Of a stretch of DNA of 64,000 nucleotides, positions 9,958 through 20,433 are shown piece after piece; the stretch's first letter is position 1; each line of letters opens with the position of its first letter. The translations under genes were made by a program, and so were the position numbers. Source of the stretch: Flavobacteriales bacterium (GTDB lineage: Bacteria > Bacteroidota > Bacteroidia > NS11-12g > UBA955). The notes under the pieces were generated by a model. That model ran no database searches and was not told the DNA's origin. It saw only the letters and a program-made list of their open reading frames with translations. The stretch spans positions 21,327 to 85,326 of the forward strand of contig CANFLS010000004.1 in NCBI GenBank assembly GCA_947447955.1, read 5' to 3'.

Positions 9958-11088
9958 TTAATCTATCAAATTTACCAATTTTTCTGAGGCCCAAGCACTC
10001 AAAGCCACACCCATTCCACCCATTCTTACACAGCAATGTAAATGTTCATCTACTTTTTTGATAATTGGTTGACGGTCACTTGACATGCCCATGGTTCCGG
10101 CCCATTGATAATCGATTTTGGGATTCATTCCAGGCACAATAACTTCATTCAAGATGTTTTTCAAGTGGGAAACTAATTGCTCAGTTGTTTCTTGACTCAT
10201 GGTTTCTTCTCCTTTGAAATCAATATTTCGGGCTCCGCCAATTAAAATTCTGGCACCCAAACTTCTAAAGTAAACATATCCTTTGTCGTAATGGAATATC
10301 CCTCTAAAAGGCAATGTAGGAATTGCCTCGGTAACCAAAACTTGGCCTCTTGCAGGTGCAACATCTAACTCCGGCAAAATTTGACGGGTGAAACCATTTG
10401 TACAAATGATCAACTCTTTGGCAACAATGGATATGTCTGAATTCGCAAATTTTAAATTCCATTTGAGGGAATCTAATTGGTGAAATGTTTCAACTTGTAA
10501 TCCCGAAAAAATCTCAATTCCCAAAGAAACAGCATGTTTGCGAATGGTTTCGTATAACAAATGTGTTTGAATTGCACCTTCCCCGGGAGAAAAAATTGCA
10601 CTAGGGTGAATATCCATTCCAAACGATGAAGATTTCTTTATTTGGAAGGACATTTGACCTTGGACTTCGAATAATTTCTCGTTAATAGAATCTACATTAT
10701 CAGCAATGCGATCAAACTCTTGAGATTCTGAGTTTTTAAATATTTCATATCCCCCAGAATTCTCATACCCAATTGAAGGTTCACCGTATGTATCAATCAG
10801 TTTACGTAGTCCTTGATAGCGCAAAGCGTATAATCCCAACGCATCGTCAAGACCAATGTTTTTGGCATCATCTAAAATTTCTCCAAGACTACCAAAACAG
10901 GCAAACCCTGCATTCCTAAGGCTTGCAGGGCTTCCAAATGTTGAAGATTCAATAATCCAAACCTTCCTATGTGAAAATTTTTGTTTTAGTTTAATGGCAG
11001 ATTGCAACCCAACGAGTCCGGCTCCAATTACAACGATGTCTGCTTTGTCGGCCCATCGTTGTTCCCAAAAACTAACAGGGGCGTTCAT
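9958..11088 (-). CDS. FAD-dependent oxidoreductase (DAO/PuuB family)
   Basis: VVIGAGLVG Rossmann motif, ASLRNAGF, ICTNG, WAGTMG, GGMGVA. Confidence 0.85.
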   Translation of the reverse strand: MNAPVSFWEQRWADKADIVVIGAGLVGLQSAIKLKQKFSHRKVWIIESSTFGSPASLRNAGFACFGSLGEILDDAKNIGLDDALGLYALRYQGLRKLIDTYGEPSIGYENSGGYEIFKNSESQEFDRIADNVDSINEKLFEVQGQMSFQIKKSSSFGMDIHPSAIFSPGEGAIQTHLLYETIRKHAVSLGIEIFSGLQVETFHQLDSLKWNLKFANSDISIVAKELIICTNGFTRQILPELDVAPARGQVLVTEAIPTLPFRGIFHYDKGYVYFRSLGARILIGGARNIDFKGEETMSQETTEQLVSHLKNILNEVIVPGMNPKIDYQWAGTMGMSSDRQPIIKKVDEHLHCCVRMGGMGVALSAWASEKLVNLID

Positions 11089-13316
11089 TATGCATTCAAT
11101 TTGTTTGCAATAGCGTTGTTATAAATATCGGTAATTTCGCCATAATTTGCAAATTGTTCGCCGTTTACAACAATGTTCTTGTCGGTTACAGTTCCTATAT
11201 GCGTAGCTGGTAATCCAAATTCTGAAGCCATTTTTTGAACTTCAGCTATTTTTGAAGGATCAACTGAAACCACAACCCTAGATTGAGATTCACCGAACAA
11301 GTATGCATCCAATCTGAAATTTTGCTCTGAGCAAATATCGAAACCAAGTCCACCTTGCATTGCACTTTCCAAACAAGTGATGAATAAACCTCCCTCGCTG
11401 ATATCATGAACAGAATTCAAGATTTGGTTATGAGAAAATTTCTCTAATAACAAATGCAATTGAAATTCGGTTTCTAGATTAAAATCAGGACAACTAGACA
11501 AAGCTATATTTTTCAATTTTGCCAAATACTGAGAAGAGCCCAAATCATTTTTAGGATTTCCAATTAAGATTATGGCATCACCTTCATTTTTGAAATTCAA
11601 GCTCATTCTGTGTTCCGGTGCTTCAATAATCCCCACCATACCAATGGTTGGCGTTGGATATACCGCTTGTCCAGAAGTACTTTGGTTATAAAAACTTACG
11701 TTTCCACCTGTAACTGGCGTATCGAACTTGATACAAGCTTCGCCCATTCCCTCAATGGCAGATTTAAATTGAAAATATACTTCTTCGTTGTATGGATTTC
11801 CAAAATTCAAACAGTTTGTAATGGCAGTTGGCACAGCACCTGTACATCTGATATTTCGAGCAGCTTCAGAAACAGCAATTTGAGTTCCAATATTTGGATT
11901 GGCATGCACATAACGGCTGTTACAATCAACAGTCAATGCCAAACTCTTGTTCGTGCCTTTTACTTTAACCACTGACGCATCTGATGGCAAATTTGTAGAC
12001 TGATTTACAGTACCCACCATGCTATCGTATTGCTCATACACCCAACGTTTGCTCGCAATGTTTGGTTCAGCAGCAAGTTTTAAAGCAGCTTCTTTTGCTT
12101 CTGCTAGCGTAATATCGGCAATTTGATCAATTGAGTATTTTTCAATTTCAGCAAAGTATGAAGGGGTTGTCCAAGTTCTTTTATAAACTGGAGCACCACC
12201 ACCAAGTACGAGTGATTCTGCTGGAATATCAGCTTCAAGAACGCCATTCATGAAATAACGCACATGTTTGGTATCGGTAACTTCACCAATTTGGGCATAG
12301 ATTAGATCCCACTTATCGAAAATTACTTCAAATTCTTTTTCTCTTCCTTTTTCAACAATAACGAGCATGCGTTCTTGGCTTTCGCTCAAGAGCAATTCCC
12401 AACCTTTCATACCCGCTTGGCGCATAGGCACGCGATCAAGGTGAATGTCCATACCCACATCGGTTTTGGCACTCATTTCACTTGTACTACAAGTAATACC
12501 CGCAGCACCCATATCTTGCATACCTACAACAGCACCTGTTTCGATGATTTCCATTGAAGCTTCAAGAATTAGTTTTTCCCAGAAAGGATCACCTACTTGC
12601 ACAGATGGCAAATCGTTGATACTGTCTTCACTCATATCTTTACTTGCAAAAGCAGCACCATGTATACCATCTTTACCCGTAGCAGAACCAAATATATAGA
12701 CTGGATTTCCTGCAGGACCGGCACCAGCTGAAATACTTTTACCCACTTCAACGATACCCACCGACATGGCGTTTACAAGATTATTTTGTTCGTAACAATC
12801 GTCGAAATAAACTTCACCACCTACGGTAGGAATACCGAATGCATTTCCATAATCGCCAATGCCTTTCACAACACCTTTCATTAACCATTTTGTACGATCT
12901 GTATCGATGTTACCAAAACGCAAAGAATTTAATTGTGCAATTGGGCGAGCACCCATTGAAAAAATATCGCGATTAATACCACCCACACCAGTTGCAGCAC
13001 CTTGATAAGGTTCAATTGCACTTGGATGGTTATGACTTTCAATTTTAAAACAACATGCTAATCCGTCGCCAATATCAACCAATCCGGCATTTTCTTCACC
13101 GGCTTCAGCCAACATTTTTGTTCCACTTTTTGGCAAAGTTTTTAACCAAGTGATTGAGTTTTTATAACTACAATGTTCACTCCACATTACTGAATAGATT
13201 GACAATTCAGTAAAATTTGGTTCTCTACCAAGGATTTCGCAGATTTTATGAAATTCTTCTTCTAACAAGCCCAATTGTTTGGCTTGATCAATGAGCGATA
13301 CACTATTCTGTTGCAT
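11088..13316 (-). CDS. purL: phosphoribosylformylglycinamidine synthase subunit PurL
   Basis: [54 protein letters not shown]. Confidence 0.98.
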   Translation of the reverse strand: MQQNSVSLIDQAKQLGLLEEEFHKICEILGREPNFTELSIYSVMWSEHCSYKNSITWLKTLPKSGTKMLAEAGEENAGLVDIGDGLACCFKIESHNHPSAIEPYQGAATGVGGINRDIFSMGARPIAQLNSLRFGNIDTDRTKWLMKGVVKGIGDYGNAFGIPTVGGEVYFDDCYEQNNLVNAMSVGIVEVGKSISAGAGPAGNPVYIFGSATGKDGIHGAAFASKDMSEDSINDLPSVQVGDPFWEKLILEASMEIIETGAVVGMQDMGAAGITCSTSEMSAKTDVGMDIHLDRVPMRQAGMKGWELLLSESQERMLVIVEKGREKEFEVIFDKWDLIYAQIGEVTDTKHVRYFMNGVLEADIPAESLVLGGGAPVYKRTWTTPSYFAEIEKYSIDQIADITLAEAKEAALKLAAEPNIASKRWVYEQYDSMVGTVNQSTNLPSDASVVKVKGTNKSLALTVDCNSRYVHANPNIGTQIAVSEAARNIRCTGAVPTAITNCLNFGNPYNEEVYFQFKSAIEGMGEACIKFDTPVTGGNVSFYNQSTSGQAVYPTPTIGMVGIIEAPEHRMSLNFKNEGDAIILIGNPKNDLGSSQYLAKLKNIALSSCPDFNLETEFQLHLLLEKFSHNQILNSVHDISEGGLFITCLESAMQGGLGFDICSEQNFRLDAYLFGESQSRVVVSVDPSKIAEVQKMASEFGLPATHIGTVTDKNIVVNGEQFANYGEITDIYNNAIANKLNA

Positions 13317-13321
13317 TGCTG

Positions 13322-13329
13322 CAAAAATA
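13322..13329 (-). promoter_or_regulatory. Bacteroidota -7 promoter box for purL
   Basis: TATTTTTG (TAnnTTTG), 5 nt before the ATG. Confidence 0.65.
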
Positions 13330-13379
13330 GTAAGTATTTAGAGGAAAATAGGAAAAATTTACTGACAGTTTATGCCCAA

Positions 13380-15503
13380 CTATCGCAACAGCATAATTCC
13401 GCCGTTTACCGTTGCCCTTCTAACCCTGTCGCCAACTTTTTGCTCGTAGCGGTAAATGAAGGTATATAATGCTTCAGGACAAACCTCACCTTTGTAATAA
13501 CCAGACCATTTAAATGAATTTGCATCATGGCTGTCGAATATTTTCTCTCCCCAACGGTTGTAGATATATAAGAAAACTGCATTTACATCGCGTCCAATAA
13601 TTTCGAAAGAATCGTTTCTACCGTCACCATTTGGGGTGAATGCATCTGGAATAAATACGTCACAAAAACCAGAAGCTAAAGTTACTTCAATTTGATCTGT
13701 TGCAAATCCACAAGCGTTTGTTACGGTTACTGTATATATACCAGAAGTTGCCACATAAATTGAATTACCCGTATAACCCGTACTCCAAGTTGTGGTTGCA
13801 CCAGGCCAAGATGCTGTTAATTGTAAAAGAGAACCTTTACAAATTAAAGTATCACCCGGCAATGTAACTTGAGGCGTTGTTTTTTCACTAATATTGATTG
13901 TATCAGACCACTTGCAACCATTATTATCTACTTCCGCATAATATTTCCCACCATTTGTTATGGTTCTCGGATTGCTATTTGATCCATCATCCCACAAAAC
14001 ATTACCAGCAACTGGAATCAATAAATCCGTAGTGGAACCATCACATATTGTGGTATCTTTTCCTAAGCTAAATTTAGGCAATGCATTAATTTTTATAGTT
14101 TGGGTAGTTGAATCAGGACAGAAACTATCTTTGATCACATACTTTACGAGTTGGATACCCGCATTTCCTGGGGTATAATTTGTACCAGCTATAGTTCCGG
14201 AAGATGTAGTAAATACGCCACCGGGAGTTCCTGGGGTAAGAGAAATAGCGGCACCGCCTTCACAAACTGCACCTGATAATCCGGTAAACTTCGCGTCGGT
14301 ATTTGGTTTTACATATACATAACTTGTATCTCGGCTTTTACAACCTACAGGACTTTGGGCTTCGTGAATAATTTGATAATTTCCAGATGATGCGTAAGCA
14401 TGTGTAATACTTTGGGTATTGGTTGTTGTACCATCTCCTAAATCCCAAAACCAAGATGATAAACCGGGATAAGAGTTATTGAAAACAAACGAATTACCTT
14501 TAAAACATTGAATTGGGTTATTGATTGAAACACCACTTGAAGGATCTGGAATTACGTTAATAACCAACGACGCGGTATCTGTACATCCCGTTCTGTTATT
14601 GTCGTAATAAGTTTCACTTTTATATAATACTCTGTAAGTACCAGCAGTTGTATAAGTTTTATTTGGGGTTGGGATGGTTGCAGAATCAGAGGCTGTAAAA
14701 TACCAAGTTCGGGTGTAAGCACATTTAGGAATTTTTGCAAGGGTTGTTTGGTCATCGAACTGAAAATAATTCCCCTCAAGACACTGAGATAGTTTGTTAT
14801 TTTTCTCAATTGGCTTACTAATTGGCCTAGGAATAATAAATACCGCCTTTGTAGCTGTAAAGTTGTCTGTGCAACCCAAAGCTGGAGAAGCAATTAAGGT
14901 AACTAAAAAGTTACCACCTTTCATGTAAGTATGGGTAACATTTGTACCAGAACCAGAAGTTGCATCTGCAAATAACCAAGAATATGTTACTCCTGTATAG
15001 GTTGCGCTTGATTTATTTGTAAAAGTTACAACATTTGTTTTGTCGCAACTGTCTTTACTCACAGCGAAACTAAAATCTAAAATTAAGTTTTGAGTAGTAA
15101 ATGAAGCGGTGGCAAAAGATGACGTTAAATAATTCGGACTAGCCAAACCATCATGTTCAAATACTGCGATGTAATATTTTGTATTGGGCTTAAGTCCTTT
15201 TAAAGTAAAATTATTGTTGATATTGTTCCAACAAGCAAAACTTGAAGAACCCAAGTTATCGCCATTTCCTAAAATCGCGAAGGCAGTGTAGGCCGTTCCA
15301 TCGGTTGGTGTTACAGTTACCGCAGAAGCTTCTTTCACTACAACTAAGCGCCATCCCCCATTTCCATTGGTCCAACTTACCACAGCTTGGTTACATTGAA
15401 TGGTACCAACTGCAATATTACTAGGCGCAACTGTTGGCTCTGCAGCCATCAAATTTCCTAGTGAAAACAATGATATTAGGGCAATTAGTAATTTTTTCAT
15501 CAT
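13380..15503 (-). CDS. T9SS type B sorting-domain surface protein with FN3-like and PKD repeats
   Basis: Signal peptide from MMKKLL (ORF track starts at 15548). PKD motif WDLGDG and C-terminal IPDAFTPNGDGRND..IYNRWGE. Confidence 0.85.
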   Translation of the reverse strand: MMKKLLIALISLFSLGNLMAAEPTVAPSNIAVGTIQCNQAVVSWTNGNGGWRLVVVKEASAVTVTPTDGTAYTAFAILGNGDNLGSSSFACWNNINNNFTLKGLKPNTKYYIAVFEHDGLASPNYLTSSFATASFTTQNLILDFSFAVSKDSCDKTNVVTFTNKSSATYTGVTYSWLFADATSGSGTNVTHTYMKGGNFLVTLIASPALGCTDNFTATKAVFIIPRPISKPIEKNNKLSQCLEGNYFQFDDQTTLAKIPKCAYTRTWYFTASDSATIPTPNKTYTTAGTYRVLYKSETYYDNNRTGCTDTASLVINVIPDPSSGVSINNPIQCFKGNSFVFNNSYPGLSSWFWDLGDGTTTNTQSITHAYASSGNYQIIHEAQSPVGCKSRDTSYVYVKPNTDAKFTGLSGAVCEGGAAISLTPGTPGGVFTTSSGTIAGTNYTPGNAGIQLVKYVIKDSFCPDSTTQTIKINALPKFSLGKDTTICDGSTTDLLIPVAGNVLWDDGSNSNPRTITNGGKYYAEVDNNGCKWSDTINISEKTTPQVTLPGDTLICKGSLLQLTASWPGATTTWSTGYTGNSIYVATSGIYTVTVTNACGFATDQIEVTLASGFCDVFIPDAFTPNGDGRNDSFEIIGRDVNAVFLYIYNRWGEKIFDSHDANSFKWSGYYKGEVCPEALYTFIYRYEQKVGDRVRRATVNGGIMLLR

Positions 15504-15556
15504 ATTACAATACAAATATAGTAATAAATAGACATTTTTTTTACACAAAACGTGGC

Positions 15557-16285
15557 CTAAAAATCCGGATTTGTAATAAATTCTTCTTGAATAACATCTT
15601 TGTTCATTAATTTGAGCATTAATTGAACCAAAGTAACCACGTCTTTATTGCAATAAACGGCAATTCTATTGAGGTCATTTTCGCGGTAATAAACATCGGC
15701 AACCATGCTCCCGTCAATGTCATCTTTGGGGATTGGGATTCCAAATAAATTGGCAAGTAAATTCAAACTTGTAAAGCTTTTGAAATCGCCAAATTTCCAA
15801 AGTTCCATTGTATCAAGATTGGCAATTTCCCAAGGTTTTTTACCCGCGTTATCAAGCAAATATGGAAGTTTAATTCCGTGAACAAGCATGCGTCTTGCAA
15901 TATATGGATAATCAAATTCTTTGCCATTGTGTGCACAAAGTTTGCATCTATCGGTATTGAAATGTTGGATGAGTAAATTGGCAAAATCTTGCAACAAAAC
16001 TTTTTCATCATCACCGTAAAATGACTTTAATCTGAGTTTGGGTTCAGATGGATGTCCGGTAATAATTCCCACTCCAATACAAACAATTTTACCAAATTCA
16101 GCATATATGGCAGCACGGTCAAAAATATCGGAAGCGGTAATGTCTTCTTTGATCATTGATTTGGCCTTTTTCTCCCACAGTTGTTGCCATGCCGGAGTTA
16201 AACCAGAAAAACTAGATGCCATTGGCACAGTTTCAATATCTAGGAATAACACTTTGGTTAAATCTAATTGCGATAAATACTGCAT
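15557..16285 (-). CDS. stand-alone 3'-5' exonuclease related to the PolB exonuclease domain
   Basis: DEDDy motifs LDIET, HNGKEFD and YCNKDV. Confidence 0.85.
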   Translation of the reverse strand: MQYLSQLDLTKVLFLDIETVPMASSFSGLTPAWQQLWEKKAKSMIKEDITASDIFDRAAIYAEFGKIVCIGVGIITGHPSEPKLRLKSFYGDDEKVLLQDFANLLIQHFNTDRCKLCAHNGKEFDYPYIARRMLVHGIKLPYLLDNAGKKPWEIANLDTMELWKFGDFKSFTSLNLLANLFGIPIPKDDIDGSMVADVYYRENDLNRIAVYCNKDVVTLVQLMLKLMNKDVIQEEFITNPDF

Positions 16286-16380
16286 GTTTTAGAAATTGTA
16301 CATTAATCTTCAAATCTACAAAATGCGCATAACTTTATTTTTGTTTTGTTCAAAATTCCGTGAATTTCGCAAATACAATT

Positions 16381-17262
16381 ATGGAAGAAAAATCCACCAA
16401 ACGCCGCAAACCAAGTGCGTTACCGAGTATTTTGAGTTTAACGGCAGTAATGTTTTTTTTAGGCCTCCTTGGAACGAGCATGATTGGCTTTAAAGGATTG
16501 GGCAAATTGCTCATGGAGAGCAGCAGCATAGATATCTATTTCAATGATAGTATCCCTCAAGATGATGTTTTAAAGTTTAAAGCGCAGATTGACAAATTGC
16601 AGTGGGTAAAAAGTTCAACCTTTATTTCAAGAGAAGAAGGCATGAAACAAATGGGCGACAAATACGACCCAGATTTCAATTCTTACATTGACGTTGTAAC
16701 ATTGCCGTTGAGTATTGAAATTTACCCCAAAGCAGAGTATGCTTCATCTAAATTTCTAGATCAAATTTCAAGAGAATTCAAAGAAAATTCATCGGTTGAA
16801 GATGTAATTTATCAAAGAAATTTGGTTGAAACACTCAATAGCACCCTTAAAAACACGCAATTGATATTGGGTGGAATTGCTGCTATTTTTATTATTATGT
16901 CCGTAATTTTAATTCAAAGTGCTGTACGTTTGGGTATTTTCGCAAACCGACATACAATCAAAAGCATGCAATTGGTTGGCGCAACCAATACCTTTATAGT
17001 AAAGCCTTTCATACTCACATTTATCAAATATGCGCTTATTGCATTTCCAATTGCAGCGGCACTGGTATATCTAATTATTTGGCAAATACCAATGCTTTTT
17101 AGTCCTTTGAGTATCCTCACCGATTTCAACAAAAATATTGATGCACAAAATTTGCTTTATGTTTCAATTTTCATTGCTATATTTGGAGTTGTGTTGTCGG
17201 CAACTTGTAGTTGGTTAAGCACTCGAAAATTCCTTAGAACTAAAATTGAAAATCTATACTAA
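16381..17262 (+). CDS. ftsX: cell division permease FtsX
   Basis: Four-TM layout and IKSMQLVGAT..FI.KPF motif. Conserved ftsX-DUF3098-uppP order. ATG 16381 preferred over GTG 16360. Confidence 0.88.
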   Translation: MEEKSTKRRKPSALPSILSLTAVMFFLGLLGTSMIGFKGLGKLLMESSSIDIYFNDSIPQDDVLKFKAQIDKLQWVKSSTFISREEGMKQMGDKYDPDFNSYIDVVTLPLSIEIYPKAEYASSKFLDQISREFKENSSVEDVIYQRNLVETLNSTLKNTQLILGGIAAIFIIMSVILIQSAVRLGIFANRHTIKSMQLVGATNTFIVKPFILTFIKYALIAFPIAAALVYLIIWQIPMLFSPLSILTDFNKNIDAQNLLYVSIFIAIFGVVLSATCSWLSTRKFLRTKIENLY

Positions 17263-17495
17263 TGAGCACATCTAAAAATAATCAAAACACGCCTGAAAAC
17301 AAACCAGGTATGATCTTTAGCAAAGAAAATTACACCCTCACTTTAATTAGTCTTTTGATTATTATCATTGGCTTTTTTGTAATGGCTGGCACAGAAGGTG
17401 ATATTTACGATTTTCGCAGAATTACATTGGCTCCAATTATTGTAATTATTGGCTTCGTTTTAGGCATATATGCCATTTTCTTTAAAAAGAAATAA
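17262..17495 (+). CDS. DUF3098 family small membrane protein
   Basis: F.KENY..., RRITLAP, two TM segments, sits between ftsX and uppP. Confidence 0.8.
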   Translation: MSTSKNNQNTPENKPGMIFSKENYTLTLISLLIIIIGFFVMAGTEGDIYDFRRITLAPIIVIIGFVLGIYAIFFKKK

Positions 17496-18260
17496 ATGAC
17501 TTGGCTCGAAAATGTTGTGTTGGCCGTTGTAGAAGGGCTAACAGAATATCTACCGGTAAGTAGCACCGGGCATTTAATGATGTTCAAAGAATGGATGAAA
17601 ATTGAAGGTGCACAACTTGACACCTATATGATTTCCATTCAGTTCGGAGCCATTTTTGCAGTTATTGTTCTTTATTGGCAAAAGTTCTTTTCTGCCAATT
17701 GGTTTAACTTTTATTCAAAATTACTTATTGGGTTTATTCCAGCTGCCATTTTGGGTTTCTTGCTCGATGATTATCTAGAAGCAATGTTGCAAACTCCTGT
17801 AATTGTAGGAATTATGCTTATTACAGTGGGTGCTTTTTTAATTTTCATGGATAAAATACTTACCCCTGGAACCAAAGAAGTAGATGATATTTCATATAAA
17901 GATTCATTTATAATTGGCTTGGTACAAACCATTGCCATGATACCTGGAACAAGCCGAAGTGCGGCAACAATTGCGGGTGGTTTAGGTTGTAAATTATCGA
18001 AAAATGCAGCAACTGAATTCTCATTCTTTTTGGCCATCCCTACCCTTTCTGCTGCGGCAGCTTATAAAATACTTAAGAATTGGGATCAACTCAGTGCAAC
18101 AAACCTAAGCGACATTGCCATTGGAAATGTAATTAGTTTTGTTACCGCAGCCATTGCCGTGAAATTTTTTATTGGCATTGTAAAATCTAAAGGTTTCCAA
18201 TTTTTCGGATACTATAGAATTATAATTGGAAGTATTTTCCTAGTTACTTTATATTTATAA
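17496..18260 (+). CDS. uppP: undecaprenyl-diphosphate phosphatase (BacA)
   Basis: VEGLTEYLPVSSTGH, PGTSRSAATI, EFSFFLAIP. Confidence 0.96.
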   Translation: MTWLENVVLAVVEGLTEYLPVSSTGHLMMFKEWMKIEGAQLDTYMISIQFGAIFAVIVLYWQKFFSANWFNFYSKLLIGFIPAAILGFLLDDYLEAMLQTPVIVGIMLITVGAFLIFMDKILTPGTKEVDDISYKDSFIIGLVQTIAMIPGTSRSAATIAGGLGCKLSKNAATEFSFFLAIPTLSAAAAYKILKNWDQLSATNLSDIAIGNVISFVTAAIAVKFFIGIVKSKGFQFFGYYRIIIGSIFLVTLYL

Positions 18261-18262
18261 CC

Positions 18263-18937
18263 ATGAATTTTATCAAGGCAATTCTAATTACATTCATTTG
18301 TATGGGTTGTTTTGCGGTTAATTCATTAATTGCCCAATCGCCAAGTGTTCAATTGGCTAGACTCAAGTATTCTGGCGGTGGAGATTGGTATAGCAGTAAA
18401 ACTGCGCTCAAAAACCTAGCTAGGTTTTGCAATTCCAAAATCAAAACAAACCTGAGAGATGAGGAAGTAATTGTTGAAGTTGGGTCTGAACAATTATACA
18501 ACTTCCCTTTTGTATTTATGACAGGGCACGGAAATGTAATTTTCAGTGAGTCTGAAAGTATCAATTTAAGAAACTACCTTAAATCTGGTGGTTTTTTGCA
18601 TATTTGCGATAACTACGGAATGGATATATTCATTCGAAGAGAAATGAAAAAGGTATTCCCCGAACTTGAATTCAAACAAGTTCCATACTCTCATTCAATT
18701 TATCATCAAAGCTATCAATTCAATAATGGGTTGCCTAAAGTGCATGAACACGATGGCAAGCCTGCCGTTGGTTATGGCTTGTTTTATGAGGGACGTTTGG
18801 TCTGCTTTTACGATTATGAATGCGATTTAGGAAACGGTTGGGAAGATCAAGAATTGTACAATGATGCCCCAGAAATTAGAGAAAAAGCTTTACAAATGGG
18901 TGCCAATTTGATTCAGTTTGCTTTTACTTTGCAATAA
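18263..18937 (+). CDS. DUF4159 family protein
   Basis: KYSGGGDWY, MTGHG, GGFL..DNYG, DLGNGWED. Confidence 0.8.
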   Translation: MNFIKAILITFICMGCFAVNSLIAQSPSVQLARLKYSGGGDWYSSKTALKNLARFCNSKIKTNLRDEEVIVEVGSEQLYNFPFVFMTGHGNVIFSESESINLRNYLKSGGFLHICDNYGMDIFIRREMKKVFPELEFKQVPYSHSIYHQSYQFNNGLPKVHEHDGKPAVGYGLFYEGRLVCFYDYECDLGNGWEDQELYNDAPEIREKALQMGANLIQFAFTLQ

Positions 18938-20364
18938 TGAATTTTCAAACTATTGGATACCCCATTTTAAGCGCCGAACAGAAGAAGGAATTAGATAAAA
19001 ACACAATTATATCTGAGCCAATTCCATCAAATGATTTGCTTGAACGCGCTTGCTATCGGATATTTTTGTCCCTCAAAAAAATAATTAAAACAGAACAAAC
19101 AGTTGATATTGTTTGCGGGCAAGGCAATAACGGTGCCGATGGTTTGTGCTTGGCTAGAATAATGGCATTTCATGGCTATAAAGTTTGTGTTTACAAGTTA
19201 AATATTACAAATAAATTCTCAATTGAATATGTATTTCAAAACGAGTTATTGTTGCAAACTCAAATAGAAATTAAAGAAATCAATAAATATAATTGCAAAT
19301 TCTTTAGTAGTTCAGCCGACTTTATCATTGATGCAATTTTCGGATCGGGTATTAACGCTGCAATTAAAAATCCCCTTGATATTTTGGTTGAAAAAATCAA
19401 TCAATCAAATGCCTTTCTAATTAGTTTGGATCAACCCAGTGGTTTAGGAACTTGGTCTTCTTTTGAGGGACCTTTTGTTAAGGCCCATAAAACTTTATGT
19501 ATTGGAAGTGTAACGCCGAGTATATTGAATAGGTTTTATTCACAAGACATTGAAATAATTGATATTGGTTTACAACATGAAAATATAAAGTTGCAAGGGA
19601 CATTTATTCAAAGTCCATTGAGCGACCGTTTCATTAACGGGTTATTGCCAAAATCAAACCGACATGCGCACAAAGGCACAAAAGGACATTCTCTTCTATT
19701 GGGAGGGAACAAAGGCATGTCTGGTGCAATTGCATTAAGTGCAGTTGCTTGCAGTGAAATTGGATCGGGCAACGTTACCGTGGGAAGTGTTTTAAATACG
19801 CTAAACTATATTGACCATTTTCCCAACATCCAATTTTTAGAGACAAAATTGGATGGACAATCAATAGATGCAATTGATTTCTCTAAATTCATGGCTATTG
19901 GAATAGGACCTGGTTTGGGCGTAAATGCAAGTACTTTGGCGTTTGTAAGTATTCTATTAAATACGGTTAGAAATATTCCGATGGTGATTGATGCCGATGC
20001 ATTAAATATCATTGGTCAAAATAAAAACCTAATTCCAAGAATTCCGGCAGGAAGTATTTTAACACCACATCCTAAAGAACTATCGCGCGTTTTTGGTGAA
20101 TTTCAAACGCAAGAAATCCAATGGGCGCATTTATCAAATTTAGCCCAAAATATGCAAATTCATATATTGGCAAAAGACACCTATTCGGTTCTATTTTGCG
20201 CAGACGGTGAAATTATAGTGAATGGCAATGGAAATGAATCATTGGCAAAAGGTGGCAGTGGAGATACATTAACAGGACTGATAACAGGGTTATTGTCGCA
20301 AGGCTTATCACCAAAAGAAGCAGCCATTTGTGGCATGTATCAACTTGTAAAATACAGACATTAA
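18937..20364 (+). CDS. nnr: bifunctional NAD(P)H-hydrate epimerase/dehydratase (C-terminus looks short)
   Basis: GQGNNGADG, DAIFGSG, HKGTKG, GIGPGLG, DADAL, LTPHPKEL, GGSGDTLTG. Confidence 0.88.
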   Translation: MNFQTIGYPILSAEQKKELDKNTIISEPIPSNDLLERACYRIFLSLKKIIKTEQTVDIVCGQGNNGADGLCLARIMAFHGYKVCVYKLNITNKFSIEYVFQNELLLQTQIEIKEINKYNCKFFSSSADFIIDAIFGSGINAAIKNPLDILVEKINQSNAFLISLDQPSGLGTWSSFEGPFVKAHKTLCIGSVTPSILNRFYSQDIEIIDIGLQHENIKLQGTFIQSPLSDRFINGLLPKSNRHAHKGTKGHSLLLGGNKGMSGAIALSAVACSEIGSGNVTVGSVLNTLNYIDHFPNIQFLETKLDGQSIDAIDFSKFMAIGIGPGLGVNASTLAFVSILLNTVRNIPMVIDADALNIIGQNKNLIPRIPAGSILTPHPKELSRVFGEFQTQEIQWAHLSNLAQNMQIHILAKDTYSVLFCADGEIIVNGNGNESLAKGGSGDTLTGLITGLLSQGLSPKEAAICGMYQLVKYRH

Positions 20365-20389
20365 AAATTTCTCAAGATAGTTATAAAAC

Positions 20390-20419
20390 AAAAAATGCCG
20401 CAAATTGCGGCATTTTTTT
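20390..20419. terminator. bidirectional intrinsic terminator
   Basis: AAAAAATGCCGCAA-A-TTGCGGCATTTTTTT between convergent genes. Confidence 0.88.
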
Positions 20420-20433
20420 GGTATAAATTTAAA

